Source of the DNA: Candidatus Lindowbacteria bacterium RIFCSPLOWO2_12_FULL_62_27
GTDB lineage: Bacteria; Lindowbacteria; 2-12-FULL-62-27
DNA length: 64,000 nucleotides
Direction: 5' to 3'
Assembly: GCA_001784175.1 (NCBI GenBank)
Contig: MFPR01000013.1
Span: forward strand, 1 to 64,000
In this document: positions 1-12,140 of the stretch, piece after piece
How the letters are laid out: each line of letters begins with the position of its first letter
How positions within the stretch are numbered: the first letter of the stretch is position 1
Program-made: the position numbers and the translations under genes
Notes under the pieces: model-generated
The model's database searches: none
Seen by the model: only the letters and a program-made list of their open reading frames with translations
What the model was told of the DNA's origin: nothing

Positions 1-3000
1 CGCGGATTCGTGACGGATACGCAGGCCGGCGTCGTGACGCTGTCGCAGCCTGCGGACGGCCACGAGACGGCGGCGATCAATTTCTATGTGAGCTGGCAGG
101 CGACGGCCGACAGTGTGGGGATCGCCAACTACGCGGTGGAGGTCGACAAGAGCACGGCATTCACGACGATGATCTTCACCGACACGGTGGCGGGTGGCGT
201 CACGGCCGACCGTGTGACGGGTCTGTACAACGACACATACTACTGGCGCGTTCGCGCGATCGACGATCTGGGCAACGGCGGCGCCTATTCAGCGGCGCGC
301 GGGTTCGTGACGGACACGCTGGTCGCTGCCGTGACGCTGTCGCAGCCTGCGGACGGGCATGAGACGACGGCAACGACGGTACCGGTCAGTTGGACGGCCG
401 TGACGGACAGCGTCGGGATCGCCAACTACGCGGTGGAGGTCGCCAGGAACACGACGTTCACGACGATGGTCTTCACCGACACGGTGGCGGGCGGCGTCAC
501 GGCCGACACCGTCACGGGTCTGTACAACGACACGTACTACTGGCGCGTGCGTGTGATCGACGATCTGGGCAACAGCGGCGTGTATTCGGCGACACGAGGC
601 TTTATGACGGATACGCTGGTCCATGCCGTGACGCTGTCGCAGCCTGCGGACGGCCACGAGACAACGGCAACGACAGTGTCCGTCGGTTGGACGGCCGTGA
701 TGGACAGCGTAGGGATCTCCAACTACGCGGTGGAGGTCGCCAAGAACACGACATTCACGACGATGGTCTTCATTGACACCGTGGCGGGTGGCGTCACAGC
801 CGACACCGTCACGGGTCTGTACAACGACACGTACTACTGGCGCGTGCGTGTGATCGACGATCTGGGCAACAGCGGCGTGTATTCGGCGACACGAGGCTTT
901 ATGACGGATACGCTGGTCCATGCCGTGACGCTGTCGCAGCCTGCGGACGGCCACGAGACGGCGGCGATCAACCTCTATGTGAGCTGGCAGGCGGCGGCCG
1001 ACAGCGTTGGGATCGCCAACTACGCGGTGGAGGTCGACAAGAGCACGGCATTCACGACGATGATCTTTGCCGACACGGTGGCGGGCGGCGTCACGTCCGA
1101 CAGTGTGACGGGCCTGTACAACGACACGTACTACTGGCGCGTTCGCGCGACCGACGATCTGGGCAACAACGGCGCCTATTCGGCGACGCGTGGATTCGTG
1201 ACGGACACACGGGTCAACGCCGTAACGCTGTCTCAGCCGGCGGACGGCCATGAGACGACGGTCGCGACGGTGCCGGTCAGTTGGACAGCAGTGACGGACA
1301 GCGTGGGGATCGCCAACTACGCGGTGGAGGTCGCCAAGAACACGACGTTCACGACGATGGTCTTCACCGACACGGTGGCGGGCGGCGTCACGTCCGACAC
1401 GGTGACGGGTCTGTACAACGACACGTACTACTGGCGCGTGCGCGCGATCGACGATCTGGGCAACAGCGGCGTCCACTCGGCGACGCGGGGATTTGTGACG
1501 GACACGCAGGTCGCCGCCGTGACGTTGTCGCAGCCGGCGGACGGACATGAGACGACAGCGATCGATGTCCGGCTGAGCTGGCAGGCGCCGGCCGACAGCG
1601 TGGGGATCGCCAACTACGCGGTGGAGGTGTCGAAGAGCACGTCCTTCACGTCGATGGTGTTCACGGACACGGTGTCAGGCGGCGTTACCGCCGATACCGT
1701 TACCGGCCTGTACAACGACACGTATCACTGGCGCGTGCGTGCGATCGACGATCTGGGCAACAGCGGGACGTATTCAAGCGCCCGGGGATTCGTGACGGAC
1801 ACGCAGGTCGCCGCCGTGACGCCGGCACAGCCTGCGGATGGACATGAGACGGCGGTGATCGACATTCAGGTGAGCTGGTCAGCCGTGGCGGACAGTGTTG
1901 GGATCGCGAATTACGCCGTGGAGGTATCGAAGAGCACGTCTTTCACGACGATGACGTTCACGGACACGGTCGATGGGGCGCGTGGGAGCGACACGGTGAC
2001 GGGCCTCTACAACGACACGTACTACTGGCGCGTGCGCGCGATCGATGACCTGGGCAACAGCGGCGCCTATTCCACGGCCCGCGGCCTGATGGTGGACACG
2101 GCCGTGCGGAAGGTGACGCTCGCCGACCCGCCGCCGGGGTCGGTGACTGCTGATACCACGCCGACCCTCACTTGGACCGCGATCACGGACAGCGCAGGCG
2201 TCGATAGTTTTGCCATCGAAGTTTCAACCACAACCGGATTCACGGCCCTCAGCTTCGCCGACACGGTGGATGGACCGCTCACCAGCGGCGCCGTGACCCC
2301 CGGACTTGTCACTGACACCTATTACTGGCGCGTCCGCGCCTTTGACGTGCTGGGCAATGCCGGCGCCTGGTCGGATTCGTTCCGGCTGAGAATCGATACC
2401 GTCCAGACATCGATCACCCTGATCGGCCCGGCGGATGGACATGAGACCAATGCGGCCGCGGCACGATTCGTCTGGGCGGGCGCCAACGCAGATACCTACA
2501 CATGGCAGCTTTCCAAATCGTCCGCGTTTTCAACGCTGGTGGACGCGGTGGCCGGCACCACCGTCACGTCCATGAACCGGCCGATGCCCGATCCGGATAC
2601 GTTCTATTGGCTGGTCATCGCACAGGGTCTGACGGGGTACGACACATCCGCCGCGCGGGGAATCCTCCTCGACACCAGCGCTGGCCAGCCGGCCCTCCTG
2701 CAGCCGGCCGAGGGGCACGAAACGTCGAATGCAACCCCGCAGGTTACCTGGTCCGCCGTTTCGGACAGCGTCGGAATCGACAGCTACGCGCTGGAAGTCT
2801 CCAGGAACACGGCGTTCACGGCCATGTCGTTCGCCGACACGGTGGATGGCGGACTCACAAACGACACCCTGACCGGCCTCTACAACGACACGTATTATTG
2901 GCGCGTGCGCGTCGTCGACGATCTCGGCAACATCGGCATCCATTCGTCCATCCGTGGGTTTGTCGTCGACACGCACGTAAACACCGTGGCTCTGTCACAG

Positions 3001-6000
3001 CCGGCCGACGGGCACGAGACGACGAATGTGAGCGTGGGGGTGTCGTGGGCGGCGCTGACAGACAGCGTCGGGATCGATTCGTACGTGATAGAGGCGTCAA
3101 AGACGATCGCGTTTACGACGACCGTGTTTGCGGATACGACGGATGGGACAAGTACGGCGGATACAATCACGGGCCTGTACAATGACACGTACTACTGGCG
3201 CGTTCACGCGATCGATGATCTCGGCAACGCCGGCGCCGCCTCGGCCCCACGTGGATTTGTGACGGACACGCTCATCGATGCCGTCACGCTCTTGCTGCCG
3301 GCCGACGGCCACGAAACCCGCGCCGTCAATTTCCGCCTGAGCTGGAACGCCGTGCCGGACAGCGTCGGGATCGATTCTTACGCGATAGAGGCGTCAAAGA
3401 CGGGTGCGTTTACGACGACCGTGTTCTCGGATACTACGGATGGGACAAATACGACGGATACCATCACGGGCCTGTACAACGACACGTACTACTGGCGCGT
3501 GCGCGCGATCGACGATCTCGGCAACGGCGGGGCCTATTCGGCCGCGCGTGGGTTCCTGATCGACACCGGAGTTTCTCAGGTCACCGTTACGCAGCCCGCG
3601 GACGGCCACGAAACCACCGTGTCGAGCCTGGAGGTTGGCTGGGCCGCCATCACGGCGGATTCGTCAGGGATCGACTCCTACGTGCTGGAAGCCTCCAAGT
3701 CGAGCGCTTTCGGCGTCGTTATTTTCGCCGATACGGTGGACGGCGTCCGACTGAGCGACACGCTGGCCGGATTGTACAATGACACTTATTTCTGGCGCGT
3801 CCGGGCCGTCGACCACCTTGGCAATCTTGGCGCATTCTCGGCGGCGCGGGGATTTGTGACCGACACGCTCGTCGGACAGGTCAGCCTGCTCCTGCCGGCG
3901 GACGGCCACGAAACAGCCGTGGCCCAACCGGGTGTGCAGTGGACGGCGCTTCCGGACAGCGTCGGAATCGACTCGTATGCCGTGGAAGTCTCCAAGAGCC
4001 TGGCCTTCTCCCCCGTCGTCCTCGCCGATACGCTGGACGGGTCTTCGACGATGGATACTCTGCCGGGTCTCCAGAACGACACGTACTTCTGGCGCGTGCG
4101 CGCGATCGACGACCTCGGCAACGCCGGCGCCTACTCGGCCGCCCGCGGGCTGATCCACGACTCGCTGGCCGGCGCCGTCACGCCGGTGTCGCCGGCGGAC
4201 GGCCATGAAACGACCGCGACGAGCGTGGTGGTGTCATGGAGCGCCCTGAGCGACAGCGTCGGAATCGCCACGTACGCCGTGGAGGCGTCGCGTGGGTCGG
4301 CCTTCACATCGCTGGCATTCGCCGAAACCGTCGCCGGCAGCCGAACCAGCGACACGCTGGCCACGCTGTACAACGATACCTACTACTGGCGCGTCCGCGC
4401 GACGGACGGACTCGGCAACAACGGCGCGTATTCGGCCGCCCGCGGATTTGTGGTCGACACGGCGGTTGCGGTCGTGACGCTTTCGGCGCCCGCGGACGGC
4501 CATGAAACGACTGCGAGCGAAATTCTTCTGCGCTGGGCCTCCGTGTCCGACAGCGTCGGGATCGACAGCTACGCCGTGGAGGCTTCACGAAACGCCGCCT
4601 TCACGAACATGGTCTTCACCGACACCGTCGACGTCGCCCTCACGTCCGACACCGTGACCGGGCTGTACAATGACACCTGCTTCTGGCGTGTCCGGGCCAT
4701 CGACGATCTCAGCAACGCCGGCGCCTACTCGACCACGCACGGATTCGTGACCGACACGATTGTAAATCAGGTGGCGCTCCTGCTGCCGGCCGACGGGCAC
4801 GAGACATCCACCGTGAATTTCCGCCTGAGCTGGATCGCCGTCTCGGACAGCGTGGGCGTGGACAGTTACGCGCTCGAGATCTCAAAGATCTCGTCGTTCA
4901 CGCCGATGGCCTACGCGGATACCGTGGACGGCGTGACCATCACCGACACGTTCACGGGTCTGTACAACGACACGTACTTCTGGCGTGTCCGCGCGGTTGA
5001 CGATCTCGGCAACGGCGGCGTCTACTCGGCCGCGCGTGGTGTGCTGATCGACACGGCCGTGTCGCAGGTGACGGTTGCCGCTCCGGCCGACGGACACGAA
5101 ACGACGGCGGTCGCGGTCGTGCTGTCCTGGATTGCAGTGGCCTCCGATTCGAGCGGGATCGATTCCTATGTGGTGGAAGTTGCGAAGCAGATCGGATTCG
5201 ACACGACAGTTTTCGCCGACACGGTGAGGGCGTCCATCCTCGCCGATACGATCACCGGCCTGTATAATGACACCTACCACTGGCGGGTCCGCGTGATTGA
5301 TCACGTGGGCAATCTCGGCGTGTTCTCAATCACCCGGGGATTCCTGGTTGACACGGCCGTGGCGGCGGTGAGCCTGCTCCTGCCGGCCGACGGGCACGAG
5401 ACGTCCGCAACCGAGTTCCGCCTGCGCTGGAGCGCCGTGTCGGACAGCGCGGGCGTGGACAGTTACGCGCTCGAGATCTCAAAGAGCACGGCCTTCGCCC
5501 CGGTCACCTACGCGGACACCGTGGACGGATCGGCAACCGATGACACCATCACGGGCGTTTCCAACGACACGTACTTCTGGCGCGTGCGCGCGATCGATGA
5601 CCTCGGCAATGGCGGCGCCTATTCCGCGATCCGAGGGTTCATCGCCGACACCCTCGTCCAGACGGCCGTCGCTCTGGCGCCGGCGGACGGGCATGAGACG
5701 ACGGCCGGGCAGGTCGTGGTGAGCTGGTCGGCGGTGCCGGACAGCGTCGGGATCGCGAGCTACGCCGTGGAGGCCTCGAAGTCCGCCGCATTCTCGACAC
5801 TCGCGTTTTCCGACACGGTGGCCGGCGGCCTCACCAGCGATACGGTCACGGGCCTCTCCAATGACACCTATTACTGGCGCGTCCGGGTGACCGACGACCT
5901 CGGCAACGGCGGCGCCTATTCGACGGCGCGAGGCTTCGTGGTCGACACAACGGCCGCGCAGGTCAGCGCGCTCGCTCCGGCCAATGGCCACGAGACGACG

Positions 6001-9000
6001 GCGACCGCGATCGTCCTCTCCTGGTCAGCCGTGCCGGCCGACTCGGTCGGCATCGATTCGTATGCGGTCGAAGCCGCCCGGAACGCCGCATTCACGGCGA
6101 TGGTCTTCGCCGACACGGTCGATCAGGCGCTCACGGCCGACACGGTGACCGGCCTCTACAACGACATGTACTACTGGCGCGTCCGGGCCGTCGACGGCCT
6201 GGGCAACGCCGGCGCGGCGTCCACCCCCAGGGGATTCGTGGTCGATACGCAGGCCGCTCAGGTCAGCCTGTCATTGCCGTCGGACGGCCACGAGACAACC
6301 GCGACCTCCTTCCTCGTATCCTGGGCCGCCGTCGCGGACAGCGTCGGGATCGACAGCTACGCCCTCGAAGTCTCCAAGAGCGCCGCCTTCGGATCGATCG
6401 CGTATGCGGACACGGTGGGGGGCACGTCCCTCGCCGACACCATCGGGGCGCTGGACAACGACACGTACTTCTGGCGGGTCCGCGCGATCGATGACCTCGG
6501 CAACGTGGGCGCCCATTCAGCCGTGCGGGGCTTCCTCGTCGACACGGCCGTCGCGCAGGTTGCGCTCCTCTCGCCGGCCGACGCGCATGAGACGACCGCC
6601 GGCGCGCTGACGCTCAGTTGGTCGGCGATCGCGGCGGATTCGGTGGGCGTTGATTCCTATATTGTAGAAGTGGCGAAAACGCCGGCCTTCGCCACGACGA
6701 TCTTCGCTGACACGGTCGACGGGAGCCTCACGAGCGACGCCGTCACCGGCTTGTACAACGACACGTACTACTGGCGCGTCCGCGCGATCGACGAAGTCGG
6801 CAACGCCGGCGTCCATTCCGCCCCGCGGGGCCTCATGACCGACACTCTCGTCCAGACGGTATCCCTCGTCGCGCCGGCCGACGGGCATGAAACCACGGCA
6901 ACGCCGATCAGCCTCGCATGGGCCGCGCTGTCCGACAGCGTGGGTGTGGACAGTTTCGCCGTCGAGGTCTCCAAGAACGCTTCCTTCACCTCCATCGTCT
7001 TTGTCGACACGGTGGACGGCCAGGCGCTGTCGGATACCGTCACCGGACTGTACAACGACACGTACTTCTGGCGGGTGCGCGCCGTGGACGACCTCGGCAA
7101 CGGCGGCGCCTATTCGGCAACGCGCGGATTCCTGGTTGACACGGCCGTCGCCAAAGTGACGCTGGTCAGCCCGCCGGCCGGGACCCTGACCGGCGATACA
7201 ACGCCGACCCTTGTGTGGAACGCGGTCACAGACAGCGCGGGCGTCGATTCGTACGCGCTCGAAGTTTCGACGAGCTCTGCGTTCGCCGCGATCACATTCG
7301 CCGATACGGTCGACGCCGCGCTCACCGCCGATACGGCCGCGCCCGGGCTCGACTCCAACACCTATCACTGGCGCGTCCGGGCCATCGATGATCTGGGCAA
7401 CGTCGGCGCGCCCTCCGACTCGCTCCATTTCAGAATCGACACGACGCCAACCCTCGTGACGCTGCTCAGCCCCGCGGCCGGGCACGAAACAAACGCGGTG
7501 ACCGTCCGCTTCGAGTGGATCGCCACGAGCGTCGACACCTATACGTGGCAGCTCTCCAAGTCGCCTGCCTTCTCGACCATCGTGGATTCGGCGCCCGATA
7601 CGACGGCGACAACAGTCGTCAGAGTTCTCTCGCACGAGGATACCCTCTACTGGCGCGTCATCGGCCTCGGCATCGGCGGGTCCGACACGACGGCGGCCCG
7701 CGGCATTCTGCTCGACACGGGCGTTGCGGTGGCCGTGGCGGCAACGCCCGCCGACGCGCATGAAACCTCCGCGGCGGTTCCGGGCGTCGGCTGGCAGGCA
7801 CTGGCCGACAGTGTCGGGATCGACTCCTACGCCGTCGAGGTCTCCAAGTCCACCGCCTTTACGAACGTCGTGTTCGCCGACACGGTCGATGGAGTGCGCG
7901 TGTCCGACACGATTCCGGGCCTCCACAACGATACGTACTTCTGGCGCGTCCGGGCCATCGATGATCTCGGCAACGCCGGCGCCTACTCCGCCGCCCGCGG
8001 GTTCCTCGTTGACACGGTCGTCTCGCAGGTCGCGGCCGTCGCGCCCGCGGACGCGCACGAAACGGCCTCCGGGATGATCACCGTCGGCTGGACCGCGATC
8101 GCGGACAGCGTCGGGATTGATTCCTACGCAGTTGAAACCGCCAAGACCTCCGCGTTCGCAACGACCGTGTTTGCCGACACCGTCGACGGCTCGCAGACCG
8201 CCGACACCCTCACGGGCCTCTACAACGACACGCACTACTGGCGCGTGCGCGCGATCGACGATCTCGGCAACGCCGGCGCCGCCTCCGCCGCGCGTGGATT
8301 CCTCGTCGACACCGCCGTCACGCAGGTCGCGCTGGCCAGTCCCGCGGACGCGCACGAGACGACGGTCACGTCGGTCGTCCTTCAGGTTTCAGCCGTCACC
8401 GACAGCGTGGGGATCGATTCGTATGTCTTCGAAGCGTCGAAGACACCGGCGTTCTCGGCGATCGTCCTCGCCGACACCGTCGACGGCGCCGTCACGGCCG
8501 ACACGATCGCCGGCCTGTACAACGACACGTACTACTGGCGCGCGCGGGCGGTCGACGATCTCGGCAACGCCGGCGCCTATTCAACCGTGCGTGGATTCCT
8601 CGTCGACACGGCCGTCGCGCAAGTCGCGCTGGTGGCGCCGGCCGACGGGCATGAGACCGCCAACGCGTCGCCCGTGTTGAGCTGGTCGGCGGTGCCGGAC
8701 AGTGTGGGGATCGATTCGTATGTGATCGAGGCGTCGAAGACGGGTGTGTTTACGACGACCGTGTTTGCGGATACGACGGATGGGACAAATACGGCGGATA
8801 CAATCACGGGCTTGTACAATGACACCTATTTCTGGCGCGTGCGCGCGATCGACGACCTCGGTAATGCCGGCGCCTATTCCGCAACCCGCGGATTCCTGAT
8901 CGACACGCTCGTGTCGCAGGTCTCGCTGCTGCTGCCGGCGGACGGCCACGAAACAACCGCCGCGACGTTCCAGGTCCGGTGGAGCGCCGTGACCGCCGAT

Positions 9001-12000
9001 TCGGCGGGCATCGATTCGTATGCGATTGAGATTTCGCGCACGGCCGCGTTCACGGCCCTCACCCTCGCCGACACACTCGACGCGGCGCTGACGTCGGATA
9101 CGGCCGCCGGACTCGACAACGACAGCTACTTCTGGCGCGTCCGCGCGATCGACAACCTTGGCAACGCCGGCGCCTACTCCGCCGCGCGCGGATTCGTGGT
9201 CGACACGCGGACGGGCCAGCCGGCGCTGGTGGCGCCGGCGGACGCGCACGAGACATCCGCCGGATCGCTCCTCGTCCAGTGGGCGGCGCTCGCCGACAGC
9301 GTCGGGATCGACAGCTTCGCGGTGGAGGTGTCCAGGAACACGGCGTTCACGGCCCTCGCCGTTGCCGATACGCTGGCCGGCGACGCCACGACCGACACCC
9401 TGGCCGGCCTCTCGAGCGACACCTACTACTGGCGCGTCCGAGCGATCGACGATCTCGGCAACGCCGGCGCTTACTCCGCCGCCCGCGGATTCCTGATCGA
9501 CACCCTGGCCGCTCAGGTGACGCTCGCGGCGCCGGCCGACGCGCACGAGACGCGCGCCACCACGCTGGTCCTGACGTGGAACGCTGTGGCGGACAGTGTT
9601 GGGATTGATTCGTATGTGATCGAGGCGTCAAAGACGGGCGTGTTTACGACGACCGTGTTTGCGGATACGACGGACGGGACAAATACGGCGGATACAATCA
9701 CGGGCTTGTACAATGACACCTACTTCTGGCGTGTCCGCGCGGTCGACGATCTCGGCAATGCCGGCGCCCATTCCGCGTCGCGCGGGTTCCTGGTCGATAC
9801 CGCCGTCGACCAAGTCGCGACGATTTCGCCCGCGAACGCGCACGAGACATCCGTGGCGGCTGTCACGGTCCGCTGGTCGGCCCTGACAGCGGATTCCGTC
9901 GGTGTGGACTCCTACGCGGTGGAGGTTTCCAGGAATTCGGCTTTCGCTCCTCTGGTGTTCGACGATACGGTCGACGCGGCCTTCGCGTCTGACACGGTCA
10001 CGGGACTGTACAACGATACTTACTTCTGGCGCGTCCACGCCGTGGACCATCTCGGCAACGGCGGCGCATACTCCGCGACGGCCGGATTCCTCGTCGACAC
10101 CGCCGCAGCCAGGGTCTCGCTGGTCAGCCCGGCGACCGGATCGGTGACCTCCGACACGACGCCCGCCTTTACCTGGAACACGGTCGCGGACAGCGTCGGG
10201 GTCGACAGTTACGTCATTGAGGTTTCCGCCGGCCCCGCGTTCGCCACGATCGCCTATGCCGACACGGAAGACGGAGCCGCAGGCGCCGACACGGTCACGC
10301 CAGGACTCAACCCGGGACTCTATTATTGGCGTGTCTCCACGGTCGACGACCTGGGCAACCGCAGCGTTCCGTCGGACTCCTTCACGCTCCTCGTCGACAC
10401 CGCCCTGCCCGTCATCGCGCTCTTGAAGCCGTCTTCCGGCCACGAAACCAACACGCCGGCGATCCTGTTCGAGTGGATGGGTGACAACGCTGAAACCTAT
10501 ACGTGGCAACTGTCCAACACCATCGGCTTTTCGGCCGTCCTCGATTCCGTGGTCGACACGATCGGCACATCCGTCGTGCGGACGTTGCCGGCGCAGGACA
10601 CGTTCTACTGGCGCGTGATCGCAAAGAGCATCGTCGGCCTGGTCGATACCTCGACCGTGCGCGGGTTCGTTCTCGATACATCCGTGGCCCAGATCGCATC
10701 AAGCCTGCCGGCGGATGGGCATGAGACGTCCAACGCCGCACCGCGGGTCTCCTGGCTGGCCGTGTCGGACAGCGTTGGCATCGATTCCTACGCGATCGAG
10801 GCCTCCAAGACCGCCGCGTTCGCCGCGATTGTGTTCGCCGACACAATCGACGGCGCCCTCACGGCCGACACGATCACCGGATTGCACAACGACACGTACT
10901 TCTGGCGCGCCCGCGCGATCGACGACCTCGGCAACGGCGGCGCCTACTCCGCCGCCCGCGGATTTGTGCTCGATACCTTCACGGCGGCAGTCTCGGCAAC
11001 GGCGCCGGCCGACGCGCATGAGACGTCCAACGCAACGCCGACGGTCTCGTGGCTGGCCGTGCCGGACAGCGTGGGCATCGATTCCTACGCGATCGAGGCC
11101 TCCAAGACGGCCGCGTTCGCCGTGCTCGTGTTCGCCGACACGATCGACGGCGCCCTCACGTCCGGCACGATCACGGGACTGCACAACGATACGTACTTCT
11201 GGCGCGTCCGCGCGATCGATGACCTCGGCAACGCCGGCGCCCACTCGCAGGCCCGCGCCTTCCTCGTCGACGACACGGCCGCCAAGGTCTCGCTCGCGTC
11301 GCCCGCCTCCGGGACGATCACCGGCGACACGACGCCGTCGCTCGCTTGGACGGCGGTGACCGACAGCGTCGGCATCGACTCCTACGCGCTCGAACTCTCC
11401 GCCGGCCCCGCCTTCTCGACCCTCGCCTTCGCCGACACGGTCGATGGCGCGCGCACGTCCGATACGGTCCTGCCGGGCCTCCCGATGGATACCTACTTCT
11501 GGCGCGTGCGTGCGATCGACGATCTCGGTAATCGCGGGCCTGCGTCCGACTCATTCGTCATCCGCGTCGACACTTCGCCCACGCTCGTGACGCTCGTCCG
11601 CCCGGCCGCCGGACATGAGACGCGCGCGGCCACGGTGCGATTCGAGTGGACCGCCCTCAATGCCGACACCTATACCTGGCAGCTCTCTCGCACGGCCGCC
11701 TTTACGGCGCTCGCCGATTTCGTCACCGACACCACCGACACGTTCCTCGTCCGGACCCTGCCGGGAGAGGACACGTTCTTCTGGCGCGTGATCGGCCTTG
11801 GGGTTGGCGGGTACGACACCGCGTCGGCCCGCGGACTCCTGCTCGACACTTCGACCCGCCAAGTCACGCTCCTCGCGCCGGGCGACGGCCATGAGACCTT
11901 CAACGCCCTCGTGGTCGCAAGCTGGACCGCTCCGGCCGACAGCGTCGGCATCGACACCTACGCGCTTGAGGTTTCCAGAAGCCAGGCCTTCTCGCCGCTG

Positions 12001-12140
12001 ACGTTCACCGACACGGTCGACGCGTCGATGACTTCCGCCACGCTGCTCGGCCTCTATAACGATACCTACTACTGGCGCGTGCGGGCGATCGACCTCCTCG
12101 GCAACGAGGGCGCATTCTCGGCCGCACGCAAGATCGTGAC
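1..12140 (+). repeat. Coding tandem repeat array, unit about 297 bp (99 aa)
   Basis: 502-662 is identical to 799-959 (offset 297). The YNDTY(Y/F)WRV motif recurs every ~297-300 nt. Confidence 0.95.

Noticed and set aside
8698-9725. Near-identical cassettes as a DGR template/variable pair
   Set aside because: Differences are synonymous third-position changes, not adenine-specific, and no reverse transcriptase is present in the window.
1-12140. Periodic repeats as a CRISPR array
   Set aside because: The period is ~297 nt, in frame and protein-coding with synonymous variation; there is no repeat-spacer structure and no cas gene.
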